In this document: positions 41,478 to 51,305 of the stretch, in pieces | Layout: each line of letters opens with the position of its first letter | Numbering within the stretch: position 1 is the stretch's first letter | Assembly: GCA_965147435.1 (NCBI GenBank) | Contig: CBCTKC010000006.1 | Location: 29,168 to 93,167 of the forward strand | Source of the DNA: an uncultured Eggerthella sp. | Lineage (GTDB): Bacteria; Actinomycetota; Coriobacteriia; Coriobacteriales; Eggerthellaceae | Reading direction: 5' to 3' | DNA: 64,000 nt | Program-made: the position numbers and the translations under genes | Notes under the pieces: model-generated | Told to the model about the DNA's origin: nothing | The model's database searches: none | The model's input: the letters and a program-made list of their open reading frames with translations, nothing else

Positions 41478-42476
41478 TTAGCCGCCGACTTGGCTCATCA
41501 TGCGGCGGGTTCCTATGCGATGTTCATGGCCGCTTGGCTTATGGGACAGCGCTGCCTTGAATACTGAAAGCACCTCTTCTTCGCTGCCTTTCCGAAGTGC
41601 ACTGCGAATATCGTACTCGGTGTCGCTGAATAAGCAGGGCTTTATCTTGCCATCGGCGGTAAGGCGCAAGCGGTTGCAGCTTGCGCAGAAGTGGTTCGAG
41701 ATTGCCGATATCACGCCGACGGTTCCTTGGGCGCCGGGGAGTCGATAGTACTGCGCCGGACCCCAGCCGTCGGGTGTGGCCACAGTGGGCTGAAGGTTTC
41801 CCAATCCTATGGACTGCGCTTGGGTGTTGATGGTTTCGATAATCTCCTTTGCGGGGACAACATCGTCTGGCCCCCATCCGCAACCACCGCAGTCTTCTCC
41901 ACTTCCGATAGGCATGTATTCGATAAAGCGAACATGCAAGGGGGCATCAACCGTTAGACGGGCAAAAGAAAGAAGATCCTGGTTTAAGCTGCGGACGACG
42001 ACCGTATTGAGCTTGACGGGGGAAAGGCCCGCCGAGAGGGCCGCTTCTATACCTTTAAGGGCATCATCCAGGTTACCAAGCCTGGTAATGAAGCGGTATT
42101 GTTCCGCGTCTAGTGTGTCCAGCGATATGTTTACGCGGGAAAGGCCCGCAGCCTTCAAATCAGCTGCCATATCGGGCAGGAGTATTGCATTGGTGGTCAG
42201 TGCGACGCTTTCGATGCCAGGGGTTTGCGCGGTTCGCTCAATGAGGCCCAAAAGCCCCTTGCGAACGGTTGGCTCTCCGCCGGTGAAGCGGATGTGCCTA
42301 ATCCCGAGCCGTGATGCACACTCGATTGCTTTATGGACTTCCTCGAGGGTAAGTATGCTTTCGTGGGGAATACTTTTAACGCCATGCTCGGGCATGCAGT
42401 AGATGCAGCGCAAGTTGCAGCGGTCGGTTAGCGATATGCGCAGATAGTCGATTTGTCTTCCCTGACCATCTTTCAT
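41478..42476 (-). CDS. moaA: GTP 3',8-cyclase (radical SAM)
   Basis: YLRISLTDRCNLRCIYCMP, TGGEP, FCASCNRLRLT, C-terminal GG. Confidence 0.97.
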   Translation of the reverse strand: MKDGQGRQIDYLRISLTDRCNLRCIYCMPEHGVKSIPHESILTLEEVHKAIECASRLGIRHIRFTGGEPTVRKGLLGLIERTAQTPGIESVALTTNAILLPDMAADLKAAGLSRVNISLDTLDAEQYRFITRLGNLDDALKGIEAALSAGLSPVKLNTVVVRSLNQDLLSFARLTVDAPLHVRFIEYMPIGSGEDCGGCGWGPDDVVPAKEIIETINTQAQSIGLGNLQPTVATPDGWGPAQYYRLPGAQGTVGVISAISNHFCASCNRLRLTADGKIKPCLFSDTEYDIRSALRKGSEEEVLSVFKAALSHKPSGHEHRIGTRRMMSQVGG

Positions 42477-42541
42477 GGCGTCTCCTTTCGGGTGATAGTG
42501 GTATGCGGGTTGAGCCGTTGAGCGTAATCGCGTTGGTTCGG

Positions 42542-43666
42542 CTATTTGGATACGAGGTAAACCTTATCGGAAGGGATGCGGATCAGAAGTACTTCATCTT
42601 TGACTGGTAGCTTTTCTTCGGGCACCTTCAATTTGTCGACGCGCCAGAATAAGTGCTGTTCAAGGTATTTCATCTCATTTTCAGTTTGCTCAACTACAGG
42701 GTCTGAGCCTGGCGTACGGTCCAGGAATTCCAGCAGTACTGAACGATCAAAACGCGAGTCGCTCGTGCGGACAACCCGAACACGATAGGTGTTCCGTCCT
42801 GGCTCTTCTGCACGTTCCAGAAAGAATGCTCGAACTCCCATGTAAGTTAGGTTCTCCAGCGCGGGCTTGTCGGTTTCCACTTCGATGCCCCAGGCGGGTA
42901 GGAATATTCGATGGGCGTCAACCCGATGGGCAAGGGTTGTGTTCTTGCAGCCAGAGAGTCTGATGCTTGCTGCTGATTGGGGGTTGTTGACCAAATTGCT
43001 GCCCGTGCTCACCTCCATGACGTGCCCTTTTTCGATTACGGCAATACGGTCGCAAAAACGCAGTGCCTCATCGATATCGTGGCTAACGTACAGAATTGTT
43101 CCGTGGAAGGTTTCGAACAGTCCAGCCAGGTTCTGCTCCAATACGCCTTTTAAATGCGCGTCGAGGGCAGAGAAAGGCTCATCAAGCATAAGGATGTCGG
43201 GTTTTGCTGCAAGCATGCGGGCCAAGGCAACGCGCTGTTGTTGCCCTCCAGAAAGTTGCGAGGGGTATCGTTTGCCGAATCCGTCTAGGCCAAAGCGCTT
43301 CAGCTCAGCGTCCACTTGAGCGTCGCGTTCTTTTTTGGGCAGCTTTCGGTCGATTCCCGCCGCCACATTTTCTGCCACGGTTAAATTGGGGAATAGCATA
43401 TAGTTTTGGAACAACAGAGCGGTTTTGCGTTCTTGAGGGGAAAGGTTCACGGTGGGTCGTTTTCCGGCTTCCCGTTCAAAGAACGTTTTCCCGTTCACCA
43501 CGATCTTTCCCTCATCGGGGGTTTCGATGCCGGCAATGCATCTCATGGTAAGGCTCTTTCCGCAACCTGATTCGCCCAGCCAGCCTATGGTTTCGTTGCC
43601 AGCTTCTATATCCACGTCGAGGGTAAATGCGGGGAAGCTCTTTTTTATGGATACGGATAGGCTCAT
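42542..43666 (-). CDS. modC: molybdate ABC transporter ATP-binding protein
   Basis: GESGCGKS, LSGGQQQRVALAR, LDEPFSALD; follows modB. Confidence 0.9.
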   Translation of the reverse strand: MSLSVSIKKSFPAFTLDVDIEAGNETIGWLGESGCGKSLTMRCIAGIETPDEGKIVVNGKTFFEREAGKRPTVNLSPQERKTALLFQNYMLFPNLTVAENVAAGIDRKLPKKERDAQVDAELKRFGLDGFGKRYPSQLSGGQQQRVALARMLAAKPDILMLDEPFSALDAHLKGVLEQNLAGLFETFHGTILYVSHDIDEALRFCDRIAVIEKGHVMEVSTGSNLVNNPQSAASIRLSGCKNTTLAHRVDAHRIFLPAWGIEVETDKPALENLTYMGVRAFFLERAEEPGRNTYRVRVVRTSDSRFDRSVLLEFLDRTPGSDPVVEQTENEMKYLEQHLFWRVDKLKVPEEKLPVKDEVLLIRIPSDKVYLVSK

Positions 43667-45084
43667 TCTTCGGCTCCCTTACGGTATTTGGTAGTCCGGT
43701 TGCTCCACAAGTTGATGAACAAGATCACGATGAAGCTGAATCCGATAACGATCGCGGTCCAGAACCAGGCAACACCATCATTTCCATTCATCCATTCGAA
43801 GTAAATTGCGATGGGGATAGTGCGGGTGATGCCCAGATAGTTGCCTGCCAAGAACAGCGTTGCGCCGAATTCACCGAGCGCACGTGCGAATGCGAGCACA
43901 GTTCCGGCAGCAATGCTGCTCCAGGAAAGAGGGAGCATCAGTTTCAAGAATATACGTGTATTGCTCCATCCCAAGGTGCGAGCGGCGTCGAGCATATTGG
44001 TATCGAGGTTCTCAAAAGCGCCTAGCGCGCTTCGATACATCAAGGGGAATGCAACCACTACCGCGGCGATAACCGTTGCCGGCCAGCTGAAGATAAGGGG
44101 GAATCCGATATCGATAAAGAAGCTGCCGAAGGCTGTGTTCCTACCGCATAGGTACAGCAGGATAAAGCCGCATACGGTTGGGGGAAGCACCATGGGGATG
44201 GTGAATATGCTGTCGGCGATGTTCTTCGCTTTTTGCGAAAGGCGAAGACACCAATATGCAGCTAGCAGTCCAAGGACGAAGACGAAAACGATGGCAACGC
44301 CAGTGGTTTTGAGGGTTACCCACAGAGGGCTCCAGTCGAGTTCGGAGAGGAATTTGCCCGCTGCGGCAATCCCGGTAGCTCCTTCGTTCACGGTGACCTC
44401 ATTTGCGGGGGCAAGTCGACCAAAATCGGCAAATGAGGGTTTGAAGTAGGTTGGGTTGTCGCTGTCGGTAAGATCGGACCCGTCGATGCCTATAACGCTG
44501 GCATACACATTTCCATTTATTTCTTGATCGAAAGCGAAACGGATATTGCCCATCTCGTAGGTTGGGTTGCTTGTGAAGTACCAAGTGCTGATTCGTGAAA
44601 GAGGAACAGAGCCCGCTGCCGTTTCACCGTCGAGCGCACAGAAATAGTTTTTAATCAGGGCTTTATCATTCTCGTCGTCGATGTCGATTCCGAGGGTCTG
44701 TGCTGCTTGGGCGGGAACGTAAGCGACCGCGTAGGATTCGGAAGCAATAAGCTGAAAGAATTCACCTGTCTCATTTCCCACCAAATACGAGTAACCGTAA
44801 TACGTTCCATCAATAGCTCGATTCGACCCCTTTTGGGCACGTGTGAAATCGCAGACTGCGTAGGAGGCGTCCTCAATTGATGCGCTGGATGCATCTTCCG
44901 ATACGCTAACTTTTGCCGATTCTCCGTTTTCAGAGGAGGTAGCCTGGGGATTGGTGGTTTTGGGAGTGTCGGCGTCGCCCAAGGCCTCATTGGCAAATGC
45001 CTTGCAGGGGAGCAATGACGTTATCAAAACCAGTATCAGCATGAATAAGCAGGTGGCGTGTGCAGTGCCTCGTTTTGTATTCAT
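43663..45084 (-). CDS. modB: molybdate ABC permease with long N-terminal extracytoplasmic extension
   Basis: PMVLPPTVCGF, AFPLMY, FARALGEFGAT in C-terminal half; signal-peptide-like N-terminus. Confidence 0.9.
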   Translation of the reverse strand: MNTKRGTAHATCLFMLILVLITSLLPCKAFANEALGDADTPKTTNPQATSSENGESAKVSVSEDASSASIEDASYAVCDFTRAQKGSNRAIDGTYYGYSYLVGNETGEFFQLIASESYAVAYVPAQAAQTLGIDIDDENDKALIKNYFCALDGETAAGSVPLSRISTWYFTSNPTYEMGNIRFAFDQEINGNVYASVIGIDGSDLTDSDNPTYFKPSFADFGRLAPANEVTVNEGATGIAAAGKFLSELDWSPLWVTLKTTGVAIVFVFVLGLLAAYWCLRLSQKAKNIADSIFTIPMVLPPTVCGFILLYLCGRNTAFGSFFIDIGFPLIFSWPATVIAAVVVAFPLMYRSALGAFENLDTNMLDAARTLGWSNTRIFLKLMLPLSWSSIAAGTVLAFARALGEFGATLFLAGNYLGITRTIPIAIYFEWMNGNDGVAWFWTAIVIGFSFIVILFINLWSNRTTKYRKGAEE

Positions 45085-45187
45085 GGAAGGTCCTTATCTG
45101 AAAAGGTAGCGTATCGAAAAATGGGAGATGGGCGTTGCTGCGCGCCCATCTCCAGAAAATAGCGAAGTTGAAGTGGCTATTTGCGGC

Positions 45188-46054
45188 TTACGCCAACTCG
45201 AAGCCCCACTTCTGCCAGATTGCCTGAGCTTTTTCGCTGTTCATGCACCAGTCAAGGAATTCCTTGGTGGCATCAACATTCTTGCAATCCTTGGTAATAG
45301 CGCCAGGATACACGATGTTCTTGTGGGTGTCGCCAGGTACGGTGCCAACGATCTCTACGCCGCCAAAGCGATAGACGTCGGAGGTATATACGAAGGCAAT
45401 ATCGACATCGCTAGACTGAGCATGCTTGCAAACATTGCCAACAGAGGTGTCAGTTACAACCTTGTAGTCGGAGCCGTAAGAACCGCCCTTACCGGAGATT
45501 TCCTTGCCGGTCTTGCCTGCGTCATCACTAGCGGGGGTGTAAACGCCAACGGTGGAAAGAGACTGTGCTGCATAGTTGCCTGCGGGAACAGAGTCATCGC
45601 CAACGCAGATGGAGTACTTGCCGGCGGCAATGTCCTCAAGCGTTATATCGGAAAGGCCAGAGCCTTCCTTGGAAACCATAACCAGATCATTCTTGAACAG
45701 GTCAACGCGGGTTCCTTCGTCAACGTAACCTTCCTTGACGGCGGTATCCATAGAGCCCTTGGAAGCGGAAATCAAAAGATCGGCGTAGGATCCTGCTCCG
45801 AGCATCTCGTTCAGCTCGCCTGAAGCCTTGTACTGGGTGTCGGCAAAGGATACGTTGCTGTGGCCATCTTCGATATAAGCCTGCTGAGCTTCTTCCATTG
45901 CCTTCGAAAGAGAGTTGGCGGCAAATACCTGAAGCTGAACGTCTTCTTTCTTTTCCTCCTGTTGGCAACCGGTAAGAGCTACGACAACCAACGCGCAGCA
46001 AGCGAAAGCCGCAAACGCGGTGGCGAGTTTTTTCGCCTTTTGGGTGGCAGTCAT
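45188..46054 (-). CDS. modA: molybdate ABC substrate-binding lipoprotein
   Basis: lipobox LTGC, VFAANSL, ASGEL, SVPAGNYA, FVYTSD, IVYP. Confidence 0.9.
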   Translation of the reverse strand: MTATQKAKKLATAFAAFACCALVVVALTGCQQEEKKEDVQLQVFAANSLSKAMEEAQQAYIEDGHSNVSFADTQYKASGELNEMLGAGSYADLLISASKGSMDTAVKEGYVDEGTRVDLFKNDLVMVSKEGSGLSDITLEDIAAGKYSICVGDDSVPAGNYAAQSLSTVGVYTPASDDAGKTGKEISGKGGSYGSDYKVVTDTSVGNVCKHAQSSDVDIAFVYTSDVYRFGGVEIVGTVPGDTHKNIVYPGAITKDCKNVDATKEFLDWCMNSEKAQAIWQKWGFELA

Positions 46055-46179
46055 GGGGGGAGTCCTTTCAATTCGGGGCGTGGTTTTGTCCTTTCGCGAG
46101 AATAAATGCAAAATCCCTTGTTTGGTTTGGGAAAATAATCGAAATGATTGTGAGGTGTCGATTCCGAGAGGTAAACGGT

Positions 46180-46623
46180 ATGCGCAGTGATGAAGTATCG
46201 GCAGACATCAAAGTTTTCATAAGCTCAAAAAGCCAAGCGCACCATAGCCCTGGGCTCGGCCTTGGCGTTGTGGAGTTGTGCGAACGCGTGGAACGGTTGG
46301 GCTCCCTGAACAAAGCTGCGGCTGATATGGGCATGGCTTACAGTAAGGCATGGCGCATTATCAAGCAGGCGGAAGAAGGCCTTGACGTGGCTTTATTCCT
46401 TCGCCAAGGAGCCCGTGGCTCTTGCTTGACCGAAGAAGCCAAAGCGCTAATCGAGTTGTTCCGCAAAGTGGAGCGCGAAACGAACGCCTGCGCCAATCGG
46501 GTGCTTCGTGAGTCTTTGGATGATTTGGTCGACAAGGGAATTCTTTCCCATGCTTCGGCCCCTGATTTGGAAAAGAAAGCCACGCCCGAACTTATTGCGC
46601 AGGTTCGTGCGTTGGGTCTTTAG
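46180..46623 (+). CDS. ModE-like winged-helix regulator (HTH only, no molbindin domains)
   Basis: GLGVVEL...GSLNKAAADMGMAYSKAW; divergent from modA. Confidence 0.85.
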   Translation: MRSDEVSADIKVFISSKSQAHHSPGLGLGVVELCERVERLGSLNKAAADMGMAYSKAWRIIKQAEEGLDVALFLRQGARGSCLTEEAKALIELFRKVERETNACANRVLRESLDDLVDKGILSHASAPDLEKKATPELIAQVRALGL

Positions 46624-46779
46624 GCGTCCCTCTATATTGTTCATTTCGCTGATAGCTTGATACGGTGAAATATCCAGGTAACCGTTTACCGCTTACTGCA
46701 TACCGTTTACTGAGGGTGTTTTCGGTAAACGGGAAAGCCGTTTTCTCGCTGCTTTTTGAACCGGTTTTAAAGGCAGCGC

Positions 46780-48000
46780 TTAGCTATACATGCGGTATAG
46801 GACCTCTGCTTGAGCAAGCTCTTGCGGCGTATTCACGTTGGCAAAGGGGTCAATCGATCCAGGCTTGCGCATGAGCTCGGCGTTGAATCGGGTGCAGTCG
46901 ATTGAATCGATCAAATCCCGCATGCGCTTTGACCCTTGTGAGGTAATGCGCTCCAGAATAGGTTGGCATGTGCTTTTGCGATACACCGCCGCAAAGGGTT
47001 CGTAATTTCCTTTATTAAATGGCACCACTGCGTCACTTCCGCTTGCTTGCAGCGCAAGAGCTTCGCGGGTAAGGATTTGTGGCGAAAAGGCAATCATGTC
47101 GCAAGCAACAACCCCAACGGCATCGTTGGAGCTTGCTTCAATTGCGGTAAGCAGTCCGGGCAGGGCACCTCGTTCTTCCATGACATCGCTAACGAGGCGG
47201 AGTTTGGGATGCCGCTCAAGGAGATAACGCAGCTCCGGCTCTTCATTGGTTGTGATGATGAGTTCGTCGGCAAATGCGGCAACTACTTCCATCATGTGCT
47301 CAATTAAGGGGCGCCCCAAAAAAGGTGTCAATGCTTTCGATTGTCCCATTCGCTTTGATTCGCCACCTGCCTGAATGGCGATGGTAAGTGGCGCACGCGT
47401 GTATCGTTTTCGTAAAAACGCCGCAATAGCTTCAATGTCCTCGAAACCGAATACTTCGACAGCGTTTTCGCGGGCAATTCGCTCAACGGCCGGCATGTCG
47501 GTAACGATGGCGGCTGGTATTGCGGGCCGGTCGGGTGTTTCGTCGTCCGAATAGGAGGGCGTTGTGCCAGACAAGCGATCGATGAGCGCTTTTGCGGCTA
47601 TTTGATCTTTTGGGTTTTCTGCTCGAAGGAGTTCGATGGTTGGCAATCCCACGCCGCGGAATCCTTCCACGAGTACCAAATCGTAGTTCGGCATAAGCTC
47701 CAATGCCTCGGAGCAGGAAATCTCTTGGGCTAGATCGCATGTGAATGCCAAGCGTTTGCTTGAAAGGATTGCGGTGGCTTTTGATCCTGCGACACGATGA
47801 CGGTATGAATCTTTCCCCGGAATGTCGATTTCAAAATCAGGGTGTCCATGGTGTTTCAGGGTGCCAATAGCAAGTCCCTGACGGGTAAGCTCGGCTATGA
47901 TTTTTTCCAACAGGGTCGTTTTCCCTGAATTCTGCCTTCCCACAAAAGAAACGGCAGGGCTTGGCCGATAGGGCTTATGGGGTAGAGGTTCGTAGATCAT
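46780..48000 (-). CDS. mobB: MobB-MobA fusion (molybdopterin-guanine dinucleotide biosynthesis)
   Basis: VGRQNSGKTTL, LKHHGH, DSYRH, LVEGF; then AGGESKRMGQSKA, VACDM, NVNTP. Confidence 0.92.
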   Translation of the reverse strand: MIYEPLPHKPYRPSPAVSFVGRQNSGKTTLLEKIIAELTRQGLAIGTLKHHGHPDFEIDIPGKDSYRHRVAGSKATAILSSKRLAFTCDLAQEISCSEALELMPNYDLVLVEGFRGVGLPTIELLRAENPKDQIAAKALIDRLSGTTPSYSDDETPDRPAIPAAIVTDMPAVERIARENAVEVFGFEDIEAIAAFLRKRYTRAPLTIAIQAGGESKRMGQSKALTPFLGRPLIEHMMEVVAAFADELIITTNEEPELRYLLERHPKLRLVSDVMEERGALPGLLTAIEASSNDAVGVVACDMIAFSPQILTREALALQASGSDAVVPFNKGNYEPFAAVYRKSTCQPILERITSQGSKRMRDLIDSIDCTRFNAELMRKPGSIDPFANVNTPQELAQAEVLYRMYS

Positions 48001-48238
48001 GCCAAATCCTTGTGTTTGTTGTAGGCTGCTCGGCATGGCAAGTGTAGGGCATCATGTGGGTTTTCGGCATCCGCATTATACGAATGGTTCGGGTGGAGGC
48101 GTGTAGGCAAATTCTTTTCGCCGTGAATAGCCATCCGTTAGCCCTGTTGATTCTGCCGAAGGAAGGTTGAGCGACATGCTTATTGCGCGGTCCTCACTAC
48201 TATTGGAGCGTTACTTATTGGCGTTTGAGGAGGCATCA

Positions 48239-48757
48239 ATGGCTTGCATCACATCCATCAACCTTTCTGCGCGCAAAGGAGTTCGGAAAACGCCTGTTGG
48301 TGATGCTCCTCAAGTTGTCCTTGTTGATGATGGGCTGGAAAACGACGCTCATGCAGGAAAGTGGCACCGTCAGGTTTCGTTTTTGGCAGAAGCATCCATC
48401 GCGAAAGCTCGTGATATGGGCTTAGAGGTTGGCCCTGGCGATTTTGCTGAAAACTTTACAACTGAAGGAATTGATCTGCTTGATTTGCCTTTGGGCACGC
48501 AGCTCCGTTTGGGAAAAGATGTGCTGGTGGAAATCAGTCAGATCGGTAAAGTGTGCCATACCCGTTGTGCCATTTACCATTTGGCGGGCGACTGCATCTT
48601 TCCCCGCGAGGGCATTTTCGGCGTGGTGCTGCATGGTGGCGTTGTTTCGGCGGGTGACGCCATCGAGGTCGTAAAACGTGGTGACGGCACGTGCGCGCAT
48701 ACTCCACCTGAGGCATTGGCCGAAGTGGAGGCAGCACGAAAGGCAGGCACCCTGTGA
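48239..48757 (+). CDS. MOSC domain protein
   Basis: DAHAGKWHRQVS, PGDFAEN, QIGKVCH..CAIY..GDCIFPREGIF. Confidence 0.92.
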   Translation: MACITSINLSARKGVRKTPVGDAPQVVLVDDGLENDAHAGKWHRQVSFLAEASIAKARDMGLEVGPGDFAENFTTEGIDLLDLPLGTQLRLGKDVLVEISQIGKVCHTRCAIYHLAGDCIFPREGIFGVVLHGGVVSAGDAIEVVKRGDGTCAHTPPEALAEVEAARKAGTL

Positions 48758-49965
48758 GCAGTGAAACGCAAGACCTCTCTATAAACGAGGGGAAACAAAG
48801 CTCCTATCGCGAAGCCTACCTGGATAATGCTGCCACAACCAAACCGCGCCCCGAGGTGGTGCAGGTTATGATGCGGGAACTTCAGAACTACGGCAACGCG
48901 TCTTCTGTTCATGCGTTGGGTAAGAGGGCAAAGCGCGTGTTGGAAGACAGTCGTGCTGTTGTCGCAACTGCTTTGGGTGCTGAGCCCGATGAGATTTTTT
49001 TCACATCGGGCGGAACCGAGTCGAACAACCTTGCCATTCGCGGTTCGGTTATGGCCCGCGGAATCGGCGCAGGCCGAATCATAACTTCTGCCTTGGAACA
49101 TCCTTCGGTAACGCGATCGGTGCGCGGTCTTAAGCGAGAGGGAGATTGCTGCGTTTCTTACGTTGAAGCCGTACATGGCAATTTTGACCTGGAAGCATGC
49201 GCGCGCTTCCTCCAGGAACCAACGACATTGGTAACGGTAATGTCGGTTCAGAACGAGCTTGGCTATCGGCTTCCTATCCCTGAAATCGTCAAGTTGCGCA
49301 ATGAATATGCTCCCAATGCAGTGGTTCACACCGATGCTGTTCAGGCTTTCGGCAAGATCGATGTCCCCGTACATGAGTGGGGTGTTGATCTAGCATCCCT
49401 TTCTGCTCATAAGATCGGGGGACCGAAGGGTATCGGCGCTTTGTTTGTAAAGCGTGGGACCGATATGTTCACCACGGCGTTTGGAGGTGGGCAAGAACGC
49501 GGTCTTCGTTCAGGAACCGAGCCCGTTTACCTCGCCGCTGGTTTTGCCGAAGCGGTACGCTGTGCATTTTCCGACAGGCAGGCCGAAGAAATGCGCGTTC
49601 GCGGATTGTGGGACCGTTTGCGCACCCGGATTAACGCAGAGATTCCTGATGCGGTAATCAATTCACGTGAGGACGGATCGCCTTACCTGTTCAATTTCAG
49701 CGTTCCTGGAATGAAAAACCAGGCGGCCCTCCGCTATTTGAGCGACCACAGCGTCTACGTTTCCAAGGCATCTGCGTGTGAGTCAAACATCAATACCGTT
49801 CCGGTTGGCACATGGCGTCATAAGCATCCGCTTTCACTTCAGGCTGCTGGCATTCCCCTTACAATGGGCAAGCGCACGCTGCGCGTGAGCTTTGGTTACG
49901 ATTCCCATGAAGATGATGTCGATCGATTCGTGGATACCCTGAAAGCGTATCTGGCTAGCTGCTAA
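48754..49965 (+). CDS. NifS/IscS-type cysteine desulfurase
   Basis: YLDNAATT, FTSGGTESNN, HTDAVQ, SAHKIGGPKG, SKASACES; GTGA overlap with MOSC gene. Confidence 0.9.
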   Translation: MSSETQDLSINEGKQSSYREAYLDNAATTKPRPEVVQVMMRELQNYGNASSVHALGKRAKRVLEDSRAVVATALGAEPDEIFFTSGGTESNNLAIRGSVMARGIGAGRIITSALEHPSVTRSVRGLKREGDCCVSYVEAVHGNFDLEACARFLQEPTTLVTVMSVQNELGYRLPIPEIVKLRNEYAPNAVVHTDAVQAFGKIDVPVHEWGVDLASLSAHKIGGPKGIGALFVKRGTDMFTTAFGGGQERGLRSGTEPVYLAAGFAEAVRCAFSDRQAEEMRVRGLWDRLRTRINAEIPDAVINSREDGSPYLFNFSVPGMKNQAALRYLSDHSVYVSKASACESNINTVPVGTWRHKHPLSLQAAGIPLTMGKRTLRVSFGYDSHEDDVDRFVDTLKAYLASC

Positions 49966-50151
49966 AGCAATCCCACTTCGCCCAAATTGAAGGCGTTCAA
50001 TGTTAGCTATTTCTTACGCTTTACGTTGTTAACCTGCGGTAACCAGATTCGGTGCTAAGGTGTGGAGAATCGCTCACGTAGGTGGGCGATTCTTTTTGCT
50101 TTTAAGCGCCGAACCATGAGTGGCGTTATTCGATGAAGGAAGTTGAGCGTT

Positions 50152-51063
50152 ATGAACAGTGGGTCTTATCAGACATCGAGAATGGCCGAAGTGCGTCGTG
50201 TTCTGTGGATCGTTCTTTTGCTTAATCTGCTGGTTGCGCTTGCGAAGTTCTTCTATGGCTTGGCCACCAATTCTCACTCTATGCAGGCTGACGGTATCCA
50301 TTCGGTGTTCGACTCCATGGGTAATGTAGTTGGCTTGGTTGGGATCACGCTCGCCCTCCGACCCGCAGATGAAGGCCACCCTTACGGGCACTTCAAATTC
50401 GAGACATATGCGAGCATGGTCATCGGTATTCTGCTCATAGCTGCTGCGTTCGAGGTTGGATCAAGCGCTATCGGCGCCCTAATTTCAGGCGACCACAATG
50501 CTTCCGTTACGGTGGTTTCCTATGTGGTCATGGTGGGCACTCTGTGCATCAACATTGGCGTAACAACGTATGAGCGAAAGGCCGGTAAGCGTTTGAACAG
50601 CGATATCTTGCTGGCAGATGCAAGTCATACGCTTTCCGACGCTATGGTTTCCATTGGTGTCATTGTTGGCCTCGTGCTGATTCAGCTCGGCTTCGCCATT
50701 GCCGACTCCGTTATGGCCTTAGTTGTTATGGTTGCCATTTTGTATACCGCATTTGATGTGTTCCGCTCTGCTTTTCAGACTCTTTCTGATAAGGCGCGAA
50801 TCCCCGAAGAGGAAGTTCGCAAAGTCGTGGAGGGTATCGCAGGTGTTCGGAATGCGCATCGTATTCGCACGCGCGGTACCCAGGGCGATGTATATGCTGA
50901 TTTGCATGTGCTGGTTGATCCAAGCATGACCGTTGCCGCTTCGCATGAGCTTGCCGATCGTATTGAATCCGAGATCGTCCATAAGTTCCCGCAGGTAAAG
51001 GACATCCTTGTTCATATTGAGCCCGATGATGCCTATCATCGGGCAGAGAGCCATTCCGAATAG
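50152..51063 (+). CDS. cation diffusion facilitator transporter (FieF-like)
   Basis: ADGIHSVFD, HPYGHFKFE, HTLSD, VHIEP. Confidence 0.92.
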   Translation: MNSGSYQTSRMAEVRRVLWIVLLLNLLVALAKFFYGLATNSHSMQADGIHSVFDSMGNVVGLVGITLALRPADEGHPYGHFKFETYASMVIGILLIAAAFEVGSSAIGALISGDHNASVTVVSYVVMVGTLCINIGVTTYERKAGKRLNSDILLADASHTLSDAMVSIGVIVGLVLIQLGFAIADSVMALVVMVAILYTAFDVFRSAFQTLSDKARIPEEEVRKVVEGIAGVRNAHRIRTRGTQGDVYADLHVLVDPSMTVAASHELADRIESEIVHKFPQVKDILVHIEPDDAYHRAESHSE

Positions 51064-51155
51064 TGGTCCTGTTTCTGAAAAAAACAAATCAAGACGGTTG
51101 ACGCAAAGTGCTGTTCTGGTAATATACAACCTCGCTGAAGCAGTTCGGCATTTTC

Positions 51156-51230
51156 GGGCGATTAGCTCAGGGGGAGAGCGCCACCTTGACACGGTGGAGG
51201 TCACTGGTTCGATCCCAGTATCGCCCACCA
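51156..51230 (+). tRNA. tRNA-Val (GAC)
   Basis: GGGCGAT...TT-GAC-AC...GGTTCGATCC...ATCGCCC-A-CCA. Confidence 0.97.
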
Positions 51231-51305
51231 CTTGCACACAGGCCAGAGGCTTAAAGCCCTGGCCTGTTTTCGTTTGCACAGCTCTTACTGGGAAAGGGAA
51301 GAAGC

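Noticed and set aside
46055..46179. E. coli-type ModE box in the modA/modE intergenic region
   Set aside because: No CGNTATATA-type palindrome found
51156..51230. tRNA-Val as the attB of the integrative element
   Set aside because: No duplicated tRNA 3' end at the far side, and a LysR gene separates the tRNA from the element
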